Part shown: piece after piece, positions 1 to 12,252 of the stretch
Layout: every line of letters starts with the position of its first letter
How positions within the stretch are numbered: position 1 is the stretch's first letter
Origin: Tubiluchus corallicola
Lineage: Eukaryota > Animalia > Priapulida
Assembly: GCA_030141605.1 (NCBI GenBank)
Contig: JAQGDQ010000204.1
Coordinates: 186,001-250,000, forward strand
Length of the DNA: 64,000 bases
Direction of reading: 5' to 3'
Position numbers and translations under genes: made by a program
Notes under the pieces: model-generated
Database searches by the model: none
What the model saw: the letters and a program-made list of their open reading frames with translations, nothing else
What the model was told of the DNA's origin: nothing

Positions 1-1330
1 TAATAGCACAGTGCGTATCACTTGAAGACAAAGTATTTTTAGGCAAAGTGAAGAGGCGAACCTTAAAAGGAGAAACGAGTTTTCTTATTGTAATTGGTAA
101 TTGAAACTAGTAGTCGTGAAAAAAATTAAATCCATTCTCCAAAATTACACCAGGTTACATGGGCACCATCCGTTCTAAATCTGTAGCATATCTAGAGGTT
201 TCTAGAATAATGAAGTTTTAAAATTTGTTTTAAATCACAAATGTGGCGATGACCACTTTAAATGTTCAAGCGATCAGTGGTCCCCTTTTCTTTTTTCTTT
301 ACTACTGAACTAGCTTTACCAAATTCAATTTTCTGTACCGCTGTGCTGCTAACAAATTTTTAATATCATCTTGCTGGTCAGCAACGTAAGCTATATTGTT
401 CTTTCTGAAGAACCTAACCTGAAGAAAATTGAAAAAAATTAGAAAATAATCTAAACACTTGAGAACTAACCAACAAAAATAAAACTTAATAGTTGGCTAA
501 TGTAAACAAACAGAAATGTAGCCATTCCAAATTAAACGGTTGTCTGAGAAGACGAAAAGTGCTATACAATCACATTCAAATTGAACAGTTTTGTTGAGGC
601 AATGTTGTTTCTTAAAACGTACATTAAAACTTGCGTGTCAGAAATATAGTAAGAATACCTTGTTTCGAGCAGTAAATACGTGATAGATGAGCAAGAAAAA
701 ATACACCAGTCTCGTCTGTTATCACTTTTATGTTCTTCACACGTTTGGCTTATTTTTGCGGAAATCAATTTAGTTTTCCAACTTGCTATTTCGCTACAGG
801 CCCTCGCAGAGTTCAATCCAAAGGCAAAACAAACGTATCTCATTCGAAATCAGTCATTCAATCGGGACTCGAGGATCGATAGTCGGCTTTCTTCCGGCTG
901 CAGCAATACAGTAGCATCGATCCGTGTCCGGTTTATAAACGTCCGTGGCTGCAGCGAACACACGAACCGAGATTTTGGGAATTATGTCAGCATCGTCACT
1001 CACTACGCTGCTCTACGCAACGGCGCAGATCATCTTTCATCTTAAACATAACCCAAACGTCATTTTCAATATAAAACCCACATTTGCTTTCATCATTAAG
1101 TTTATTTTAATTGTAGAGATGAACAATGATTTTAGAGATTGCGGAATAGTGAAGCTGGACGGGCATAATCTTGTATTAGTTCCGCAACAAGGCCGAATGG
1201 CCAGTCCAGTGTCATGCAACAGATATCTACCAGTGATTACCCAATTCAAGACCATCCCATGGTCACTCCTCCAAGCACTTATCAAAGCCAGTGGATGGCT
1301 TAATGTCGGAAAGCATACATCCATGGTTGG

Positions 1331-3694
1331 CGTGACATCCCACGTCATTATATTCAATGATCTCATACATGTTTGCACGTTTATTTTAATAAAGATGCTT
1401 CAAAACACTACTATTGTGGCCAAAGCGGTGGTATTATAAGAAGCCAGAATCAGCGTCACAGATGATTAAATACCTTATTTTCTGCTTGTGTATTGTAATT
1501 CGTATTCCAGCAAAATAGTATGACTCAAGAGCAGACTCAAAGCCTACTCAACGAATCTGTTCGGTCTTGAGAATTTTTCAAAATAATGTTAAAGGGTTGT
1601 ATAAAATCATTGATTTTGACATTTTCCTCATTTTATAATCTGAAAGCCTGTGGGCATAATTAAGGCAAAAAATCTCTGTAGGAAGGGCTCACGGGGATTA
1701 CAATTAACCTCGTCTGAAACCGCTTTTCTCTAAATAATTATAAAGAAAATGGAGTAATAGCAATTTTTGTCAACAATATCGTTAAATATTGTAGTATATT
1801 GCTGAAGTGTAATATACTTGCAATGAATTTAAAAAATACCATAATTAAAAAACAAGGAGAAAATTAAAAACCCGAACACAAAAAAGTCGGTTGTGTCCCA
1901 CGCTGTTCTGTGACTATGACTTTTGATTTTTTACTTCAATGCTTTCTCTTGTGTTTGTACCTTTTTAGTTTGATAATTTCATGTGTTAATAATATAAATA
2001 AAATAATTTCCCACCAAAAAATAACCGTAGTAATTCCATGTGATTTATTTTTTGTTTTACCTGAAAATGAAGTACAGTGGTACTTTGAAGCATCGTGTTT
2101 TTGGAACGTTGACTGTCTTTACCATAGTATGATGATACCTTTGTAGCATATTTATTGTTATTGGAAATTCTTATGCAACTGTGACGTTGCCCGAGAAAAT
2201 ATGAGTAACCGAGTGTAACGTTAACATTTAATACTTTCATTAAACAAACAAAACGTTTCGTGAGGTGTTCCCCCATATTGTCAATTGTAAACAGCTCAAG
2301 TCAAAATCTTCAACAATGGGTATAATCATAATTATATTGAAGTAATAAGCAAAATCTTTTTAATTCACACCATTAGCTGCGATTTGTTTGTCTAATAAAA
2401 GCATTAAATTTTATCAGTGATGCCAGCTTTTATAGCAGATTTGACTAACTCAAGAGGTTTAGAGCACTGGAAATATGTGCAATGAAACTTCAGAAGGCTA
2501 AAAACAGAACGTCGTGATATCCCCACGTCATTGTATTCAATGATGTCATACATGTTTGCACGTTTATTTGAATAAAGATGCTTCAAAACACTACTATTGT
2601 GGCCAAAGCAGTGGTATTATAAGAAGCCAGAATCAGCGTCACAGATGATTTAATACCTTATTTTCTGCTTGTGTATTGTAATTTGTATTCCAGCAAAATA
2701 GTATGACTCAAGAGCAGACTCAAAGCCTACTCAACGAATCTGTTCGGTCTTGAGAATTTTTCAAAATAATGTTAAAGGGTTGTATAAAATCATTGATTTT
2801 GACATTTTCCTCATTTTATAATCTGAAAGCCTGTGGGCATAATTAAGGCAAAAAATCTCTCTAGGAAGGGCTCACGGGGATTACAATTAACCTCGTCTGA
2901 AACCGCTTTTCTCTAAATAATTATAAAGAAAATGGAGTAATAGCAATTTTTGTCAACAATATCGTTAAATATTGTAGTGTATTGCTGAAGTGTAATATAC
3001 TTGCAAATAATTTAAAAAATACCATAATTAAAAAACAAGGAGAAAAGAAAAAACCCGAACACAAAAAAGTCGGTTGTGTCCCACGCTGTTCTGTGACTAT
3101 GACTTTTGATTTTTTTACTTCAATGCTTTCTCTTGTGTTTGTACCTTTTTAGTTTGATAATTTCATGTGTTAATAATATAAATAAAATAATTTCCCACCA
3201 AAAAATAACCGTAGTAATTCCATGTGATTTATTTTTTGTTTTACCTGAAAATGAAGTACAGTGGTACTTTGAAGCATCGTGTTTTTGGAACGTTGACTGT
3301 CTTTACCATAGTATGATGATACCTTTGTAGCATATTTATTGTTATTGGAAATTCTTATGCAACTGTGACGTTGCCCGAGAAAATATGAGTAACCGAGTGT
3401 AACGTTAACATTTAATACTTTCATTAAACAAACAAAACGTTTCGTGAGGTGTTCCCCCATATTGTCAATTGTAAACAGCTCAAGTCAAAATCTTCAACAA
3501 TGGGTATAATCATAATTATATTGAAGTAATAAGCAAAATCTTTTTAATTCACACCATTAGCTGCGATTTGTTTGTCTAATAAAAGCATTAAATTTTATCA
3601 GTGATGCCAGCTTTTATAGCAGATTTGACTAACTCAAGAGGTTTATAGCACTGGAAATATGTACAATGAAACTTCAGAAGGCTAAAAACAGAAC
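1331..3694. repeat. Near-identical tandem duplication, two copies of about 1.18 kb (about 1331-2512 and 2513-3694)
   Basis: The sequence from 1331 (cgtgacatcccacgtcatt...) recurs at 2513 (cgtgatatccccacgtcatt...) and is colinear to ...ggctaaaaacagaac with only scattered substitutions. The identical ORFs at 1986..2276 and 3170..3460 are offset by 1184 bp. Confidence 0.95.
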
Positions 3695-6684
3695 ATCTTT
3701 TGTAACGTGAACCCTACAACAAAAAGGTTTGGTTTTTATATAAACTTTTTTCTTTTCTGTATAAAAGACTTGCAATAAAAATCTATTTCCGCTGTCTCTA
3801 TAGTGCAATTTTGATTACATGAATAGCCTGACGTCACGTCGACGGCTGAAGCCTCTAACTAAAACGCTATTATTACCTTGCTTTGCCAAGCGCACACAAC
3901 ACGTATAGTTGTTGCAGCCAAATTAGACAGGTAAAAATAGTCAACACTTAACTATAAGACGCGCAGTGACGTCAAGCACTGAAACATGAAACCAATAGCG
4001 CAACTGTTAACTTAAGGCGAATAAATACTTGTGTCTAAGCCAATCACATTTCTTGATCCCATTACGAATTTTACGGCTTCCTTGGCAAACCGCATCATCT
4101 ATTATGCTTAAATGTTATTTGCGACCAGCGCAAGAAGGTTGTCGAACAACTCAAGCACCCTGCTGCGTCATCAGTGTAGCTCTGGCATTGGTGAATAATT
4201 AGGAATGCCTCAAGGTTGAGTTGTTTTCAACGCATAGAGGTGGTTGTATGGCTTCCTTGGCTTCAGAGGCAATTACCTAGGTGCTAGTGAATGCTAAAAT
4301 TTATGGGACTTTGCAAATTGCATTTCTATATAATGACAATATTGCTGCATTGTCGTCTATTATAGGCCTATAGCATAATCGGCTTCTTGTTATGCATTAG
4401 ATTCATTATAGTGCGATAATGTTGACTGTATCTGAGCTGCAACAAAACAAAAATACGAAGATGATTTATTTATTTTTATTTTTTTAAGACTTTCGAAAAA
4501 AAATCCCTATTGTACAAAACGGAAACTAGTAAGCTTGCAGTTCCTACGCTGGTCTTAATTTATAAGTTTTAATAATGCCTATGCAAATATTATACCCACT
4601 AACTTGAAATAAAAACGCAAGCTCACCTCTTTTTAAAACGTTTCCATTTTTTGTTGCTTTCATTGGTTTGTCACAAGCTAACATAAACTGAAAGTAGCTA
4701 CTTTCACACAAAGTATATCGATAAGATATATAACATTAATAGCAATAAGAGTATAAGACATACCGGCATATATGGTGATAAAAAGAATAACTTCAGAGTT
4801 TCGCAGGTGACATAGATTCTGATTTGACCCCTGCCTGGTGTCGATCTTTGCTCTTTTTTGTCTTCCCCAAGCTTTTTTGACTACTTAATATAGTTCTGAG
4901 ACGTTTGCTCTCATCTGTAACTTGGTTATCCCACAGTGCATCGCTTGGCCATGGAGCTGCATTTTCGATAGAGATTAAAGATGAGATATTCAACGAGACA
5001 ATATGTCATTCCAGCGCGGGCAAAATTCGCTTCAATACAATCGCCATAAATTTGCTTCCAATTCGCATCATCCGTAATAATGTTTTTGCCCGCCGGCATC
5101 AGTCTGGCTTTTATGAATTTATTATGATTAAATCAAAAAGTATTTTGACAGCCGAAGTAGGTAGTTTAGAGAGATTTGACAATGACGTGTAGACCGCGAT
5201 CTTATTAAAAAATTACGAGTAGGGTTTACAGTTGTATTTCAAAAATAAAACGACTGTAAATTATAATAAATTTTATGAAATTACTGCACAGTAGCAGTAA
5301 TCGTCAAAAACACTAGATTTTCCTCAAAAAAGTAGTAGAATTTATTATATAGTGGGTTATTTACGAAAAGGATTTCTTGTTATAAAAAATTTAAAGAGTT
5401 TACATGTACATTAAAAAATTAACAGGGAATGAAGCAAAGGCAGAAACAAAATACAAGTGACATTTACGTCAGCAGAATAGCCTGCTTATCGACAGTTACA
5501 GCAACAAAATTGTTAAGATGTTTCTTAAAATCCTACATTGTCTTTGAGATTTGTATGGCCGATTGTTTGGCCATACGACTTGAAATTGAAGCTATGTAAC
5601 AGTAGGTCGTGACTTGCAACTGATTTGGGTCCCCACTGTAAAAATGGCAAGACGCAAGACCCAGTTAAACTTGCTTAAATAGTGTTTACGTGTCTTGAAG
5701 TGATTGTAATTGGAGCAGTTTTATAACAAAGTACTTTTCTTACTTTCTGTTGTGTAATTTTTAAATTCTAACAATTTTGAAAGCTGTTCTGTCAGTATAG
5801 TCCTATTTGGTGCATTAAAAATACTTTTTTATTAATAAAAAAACAAGTAATTAAAATTGTTGAAAATTCCGTAAATCTGTTGCATAATTTTTGCCTTGTA
5901 GCAAAATGGTGGTTTAAAAATATGTACTCGAAAAAAAATGAAATTAAAACACAGTCCTCACAATCCATACGCTGTCATACACTTTTCCATTAACTATTAT
6001 AAGTGAATAATATCAACGCTTTAACCGGTGCATTACCTCATCTTAACGTTTTCGTGTATCATGGCAGAATTTTAATATAACGCTGCGGGCGTTGATGTGT
6101 TTCTGTGTGAGTAATGTACACCCGTAATTATAGCGAGGATCAAAGTTAGAAATAATTGCGACTCAAACATCCGAGGCAGAAACATTTCATCTTGACGTAT
6201 AGTAATAATAACACATGTACTCTACTTTATTGACCTTAATTAAATCAGTAAACGATGAGTTTAAGATTAGATGAAATGGCAATTCTTAAAAATTTCCCTT
6301 CGTGAAATTAACATCAAATTTCGGAGTTCATTGTAAAAGCTATCATTTCATTTATCTATCAAGATGGATTCCCAGATTTTCTGCAAACTAAGGAGTCCAT
6401 ATGGCGTTGAGGGGTTGGAAAGATCTGAAGACTTTGCTAGGAAAGAAATCAGAGTTGATTAACTCTACTGACCGTAATCATCAAAAGGTAACTGAGTAAC
6501 GTTTATGAAGAAAACAGGCTAAAACAATGCAAAGCAATCTGATCTTGAACCTTAAACCTTGGCATCAAAAAACCAATGAGCCATTGGTTTATATAAAAGA
6601 GTAGGCCTAAATTCCCGTTCCTCGAACATACGATCGGAAACATTCCACAATAAGGATGAAAATTTAAACCTACTCTGCTTACAA

Positions 6685-6747
6685 GCCTATAGCTCAATAG
6701 TAGAGTGTCTGTAACCGCGAGGTTTTATGTTCAAGTCTCAGTTGGTT
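6685..6747 (+). pseudogene. Degenerate tRNA-like sequence or tRNA-derived SINE head
   Basis: An A-box-like TAGCTCAATAGTAGAG is followed by a B-box-like GTTCAAGTC. There is no intact cloverleaf. Confidence 0.4.
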
Positions 6748-7399
6748 CGATAATTTAAAAATCTGCATTTTAACGAATTAAGCGTTATTTTAGTCTCGCA
6801 AATCATTAAGCTTCTCAATTCTAATTTGTAATGTACAAGATCTATTTTCGGTTATCATAATTATAACATATTAATTAATTAATTAATTTTCCGATTTCAG
6901 ATAGGAAAGTTTCCTTTTTCTGTTGTTAGTTCAGGAAAATTTTTAATCGGGAATAAAACTCGGAGTGCATCAAAAATAGTTACATGTCAACCAGCATTTT
7001 CATAATCGAAGCTCTTAAGTCTCTTACCAAGCAACAAGCCACTTGTTTTATTCAATGGTTTTTCTTTAACTATAGGGTGTTACATAACCTTTTGCTGTAG
7101 GGCGTACACAAATAAAGAGTAATAGTATAGGACAATTTATTGTATCAAGTGTAACTGAAACAGTAGCGAATTTGTCATTCAATCACAGACATAGACATAG
7201 ACATCTTTTACTTACCTCCTTATTTACTCCAGAATACACGATAAACTATAATTGCTATAATTAATAATTAGTCTGGAAAAATTATGCATAAAGGAAAGGG
7301 TTAGCGGGTGCAGGAGAAAAGATAGCGAGAGACCAATTGGTCATCAAGTCAGCTACCCTCATTAGAATGGAAGCCTCGCATGCCTCCGGCAGCCTACAG

Positions 7400-7750
7400 T
7401 CTTTTTGGTATGACTAGAACAGAAATTTAAGAGCCTCCTACACATCTTGCAGATGTATCACACGCTTGTCTTATGATTTGTCATCTTAGTATTCCCTCCG
7501 CTTTTCAGGATTGCTCCAGTGTGTTTAGTCGGGTTGAGGTCGGGTGAATTTATAAACGATTCAGTTCGGTCGAAAAAGTCACTGGCTCGATCATACTCTA
7601 AATATTGCAGGTTTTACAAGGCATACGAGGTTTCCACACCAAATGTTATGGGTATGATAGATTCTCTATTATTTTAGCGACATTTTGACCCAATAAACTG
7701 TTCTGTACTGTCATTCGTTATTTTTGTAGCCTCAGCAAAAAGTTTTGTAC
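7400..7750 (-). mobile_element. Tc1/mariner-family transposase relic
   Basis: The minus strand near 7500-7550 translates as NSPDLNPTKHTGAILKS, matching the Tc1 DDE-domain motif SPDLNPIEHxWxxLK. The surrounding frame is disrupted and the boundaries are approximate. Confidence 0.6.
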
Positions 7751-8449
7751 CAAACCATATAATATATTTAATATTCATTTTTAGTGTAATTTCCACATTT
7801 TTCTATATTTTCATTTGTTTCGTTAGAACTTTTTGTTAAAATCTTATTATCAATTATTATGCCATTCAGTGTTTTTGAACATTTTCGTGTGCTAAAAACT
7901 TAGAACATAAGGAAGAAATGCTTTGACGTCCCATTTGCACTTGGCATATTTTATGCAAATCGTCCCAAACAAGACCAGTGGCTACTCGGAGTAAGTAGCT
8001 ACAGTAGAGAGGTGGAAATAAAAGTAATACTGAATACAAGTCCAGAAAATAGGACTTTGTAATCAATTTGATAGGAATTGTGTAGTTAACAAGGACGCAA
8101 TTTGCTGCTGGAGAATTTCACCGATAAAAAAACTAGATTTATAAACATAGGCTTTGCATCTACGAATGTCCAGGTTAAAAAAGATCAAACCCCATGGCAA
8201 AATAGGTACTATCACCAAATTATAGTAGCAAGATTACACCTCGTAACTAAAAAACTTTTAAAAGCAAACTTAAATTAAAACTATAAGAAAGGATTATATG
8301 GGACATGTCAGTAAGGTCGATTGAATTGGAACTACAGAATATGACACTTGAAATTCGGAGTTGTGATTTATTCTGGAATTGCAAACCAATGGTTTCAAAT
8401 TAAAACCAGATAAACTCCGATATTTCCACATTTCCTTCTTTCAGAAGTG

Positions 8450-8940
8450 CAACTTTTATGCACGGACTCAATCCCATCGTTTTCATACATGCATACAACC
8501 AGTAAACGTATAAGAACAAAGGTGAAATCGTTATTTTGCTCAAGAATACCAAAAAGGTTCACAAAATGCTACAAAAGATTTCCATTACCTGTAACTGAAT
8601 TACTCCCACGTATTACTCAATAGTATATTACTCTGAACCTCTGAACCTTTAACATAATACACGTTGTTCGGCAAGGAGTTTGGTTATCTTTTCAAGTGCA
8701 CGTAAATGAACTGACCAAAACCTTGTCTGATCTAACAAACGTTACATGTAAATTGGACAACATTAGTGTAAATTGTTTTCTACATGCAGATCCCTTATGT
8801 ACGTTAGCTCCCTGCATACTGGCTTTGCAAAGTATTCATAAGTTAATTTTAAATGTTTGTTCAAGTTTCGCTATCTCCAATCCGTTGCACATCTTTATCT
8901 TTATTAATATACGGTATGCAGAGTTAACGTGTTTTTAAAA
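8450..8940 (+). mobile_element. Decayed non-LTR retrotransposon RT fragment (CR1/L2 group)
   Basis: Translates as VVRQG...VHVNELTKTL...CKLDNISVNCFLHADPLCTLAPCILALQ, a degenerate form of GVRQG...YADD-xx-LLAPSxxALQ. Confidence 0.7.
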
Positions 8941-9461
8941 TGTTGAGATCCGTGTTAGAAAATAGTCACATATATACCTTAGTCATGTACTTTCTAATGA
9001 TTTTTCTGATGATCTAGGCATGAATAATCAGAATATTTTGCTATAAACTAATTCTAATGCATTATTAACAAATTTAACTTTTTTTCAAAAAATGTGAAAC
9101 TATGACAGTTCGTTCATTTTGCTCAGTTTCTTTTACAAATTGCCTCAAAAAAGCGCAATGGCTATTCAAGGTAAGAAGCTGTAGTGAAAACGTAAAAATA
9201 TGAATCATTCAAGCATTTGCCCAAGAGATGCGACACATTTCATCGTATTTCTTATTTTATATGAATAATCTGGCGTCATTGCTGTTGCGCTGCGCATGAA
9301 AGAGGGACTGACATTTTGTTAGCCCGCAGCATTATATATTTCTACTAAGTAGATCTGGTGTTTTGTGCAAGTACGCGATTAATGCCACTTTACTTGGCAA
9401 CACGGTTAGGTTTATCAATTGTTGGATTCTACGTCATCATAAAAGCTTGAAGTACTCATGC

Positions 9462-9805
9462 TCAGTTTGTTAAACATCGCACAATAATAAACAAACTTTT
9501 TTATCATTTTTTATTAAAAAGCAACAACGTTTCTTTTGCACAGTAGCGGTCATTATCAGCTATCAAGAAAAATTCCGATAATTTAAGAACAATTGAAAAA
9601 CATGACAAATTTACGAGTAACAATAATGCTATAATAAATAGGGCAGCTAAGTGTAGTTACTTGCAGTTTTGACATGTTTTTTGGATTGTTCATAAGTTAT
9701 TTAGATTTTTCTTCATACCTGATGATTACTGTTAGAACGCAGCAGCACGTCATTGTTTTTAATAAAAAACGATAAAAACTTATTGTAGGATGTTTAACAA
9801 ATTGA
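9462..9805. repeat. Imperfect palindrome (arms about 9462-9621 and 9656-9805) made of a decayed hammerhead-like unit
   Basis: tcagtttgttaaacatc (9462) pairs with gatgtttaacaaattga (9789-9805). The inner arms also align (aagaacaattgaaaaacatgacaaa versus tttgacatgttttttggattgttc). Confidence 0.85.
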
Positions 9806-10929
9806 TGTCGTTCTTGCTGTATTAAGAATTAGAAAACTCTACTTTTGCTGAAATTGTCAATGTGCATTTACCTTCTCTGCGTACCTTTCGTTGCCCTAAC
9901 TTGGCTTCATCTTAAATGACATAGTTCCCCTGTGGCTACGCCCCCGTCTATAATCGGCTGGCGGTAAATAACTAAGTTCATTCAACATCGTTTCGTAAAT
10001 CCAAGTCATTGATCCGAACTCGGCAATAAGCACTGCGAAAATTTTCCAAATTATATTCGTGAGCAAAACCAGCTGAATGAAATGCGTCAATATAATATTA
10101 TTCAGAAGTAAAGCTTACATGGATGAAATATAGCAGTAAGTTATGGATTCAAAAAAATTCAAAAAGCTAGCTCCGTATTCTGTATTCTACAATGTTTAAA
10201 TTAATATAGATCGTTATGTCTAGTCAAGTAAGAATTGGAAATGGGGTATTTTCAGTTTCCTACTAATGTACAAAATTTTAATTAAAGATACACGATGATA
10301 CTTTTGATTTCTTAATTTATCTTGCTGTTTCAAAAGTGTTGTAAAAGGACATTTTATGCCGTTCCTCTGAAGAGTTTTTGGTCAGCGAAATTAAAGGAAT
10401 AGCATGTTGTAGCCAACCACCAGTAACCGTCGTTTTGTGCGAGTGACACAACAACACTGACAAGGGACTACAAAACGTTGTGTTGGCAATGACGTCCAAG
10501 AAAATATCGTCTCATATACTTTCAGGGAAAACATCAAAACTTATTTTACCCTCGTGTCACTTCGATCATGAGCTTCATTAGGTGCCGTCCAGGCTGTTTC
10601 GTTTTTTATAAAGAACCAGTATCCCATTTTTCCTCGGTCCACTTTTGTAACCGTTGGATCTTTGACCATTTAAAATTACTTAATTTAACAGATAGTTTCT
10701 TGAATAAGTTCGTACGGCAATCCATTGAAACCTTGTTAAATCCCAGCTTTCATTAATCTTGTTTGGCTTGCTCCGACTTGTTTATTTACCACATTAACCA
10801 CATTTGAAATCTCATTAAAGTTTGGTCCTGGCGATCACTTGCGATCTTCGAGCGGATAACTGTTTTTAAATCCTTAATATTGTCAAAAATAGTCCATTTG
10901 TTGTCATCACTCCCCATTGTGAAATATGA

Positions 10930-12252
10930 AAAATGGAAACCCATTGAAAAGCCCATTGAGAAGTTAAATGACAAATACTTATTTCCGAAACTTCACTAGG
11001 TGGGGCAAATATGGTGGATTTCGAATCGTTTGCAAAATCCTTGAATTCTAAGTGGACTCACAGGCTAATGACAACTTTGCAAGAGGTAGCAAAAATATTC
11101 TTAGAAAAACTGGATAGAATCCCATTTTGCAAAATGGAAAAAACTTTCCTAGTAGAGAAGAGTGGAATAATTGGGAACCCCTTCTGGCATGATGTAATTA
11201 TATGCTAGAAATCCGATAACTCAAACGGATTATTTAAAACAGACTTTATGGTACAATAATAATATAAAGCCAAACGTTACCCGTATGTTCTGTGCAACAT
11301 GTATTGAAAATAATGTATTATATGCCAATGATTTAATAAATGGTGGAGCTATAATGTCATGTGATCAGTTCAACAGAAAATTTGCAATTGAAGTACTGTT
11401 TTCTTCAATATTACAATCTTGTCAGTGCAATTCCAAATAAATAGCGCAATGATATTCGAAATACGGATGTTAAACTGTGCAGAGCGCAAACTAACAATCG
11501 CGAAATTGAAGAACTTGTATCACATGCCGACTTTAAAATATCGATTGTGTATAAAAAGTATAGTCTCAAAGAAGTCTTCCGCCAATTTCTGAACTAAAAA
11601 GGAGGGAAAAATTCAGAAATTGCAATATAAATTAAAAAACGCGTATCTGTTCCCTTTCAAATGTACAAAAGATCCTAAAATACGCAATTATCAGTTTAGT
11701 GTTCTCCACAGAATGCTACCCACAAGAGAATTTTTGCAATTCAGAAACAGAAGCCATATTACATATTCTGTGGAACTGTAATAAAGAAAAGCTCAAATGG
11801 GCATTTCAAACAATGGTGGGTGCAAAATACAAGTAATGCATTAGAAATTGATGTCTGTTGTAATTTTGTTGAGTTTCCGTATAAAAATTTCTTATGTTTA
11901 AATAAGACCATTTTAATATTAAAATAGTATATTTGGTGTACTCGAAGCAAATTACAAACACTGAATTTTAATCATGCAGTGAGATGTATTAAATATATGT
12001 ATAAGATGGAAAAATATGCAAGTGCCAACCTTGGATGTTAGAAAAAGTTGAAGATAGTTGGTTACCTTTGAAACACATATTCCAATGATTTACTGAATAA
12101 CCAAAATTGCCAGAGTGTAGTTAATGCATATTATTGATTACAACTAATTGCAATTAGTGCTTGTATTTGTTTATTGTCATTTTAAATGTCTTGGTTTTTC
12201 TAATTTGTAAAGTATGTTTTGTATTAAATAAAATGTTTAAATACAAAAAAAA
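10930..12252 (+). mobile_element. 3' part of a decayed L1/Tx1-like LINE with poly(A) end
   Basis: Frameshifted motifs MVDFESFAKSLNSKWTHRL, NPFWHDVII, LWYNNNIK, QYYNLVSAIP and TKDPKIRNYQFSVLHRMLPT are typical of the post-RT/zinc-binding region of L1/Tx1 ORF2. The element ends in AATAAA plus an A-run at about 12227-12252. Confidence 0.8.

Noticed and set aside
680-1439. Overlapping ORFs 680..1045, 945..1439 and 1037..1378 as genes
   Set aside because: No recognisable domain. An acceptor-like site at 799/800 and AATAAA at 1388 are not enough to call an exon.
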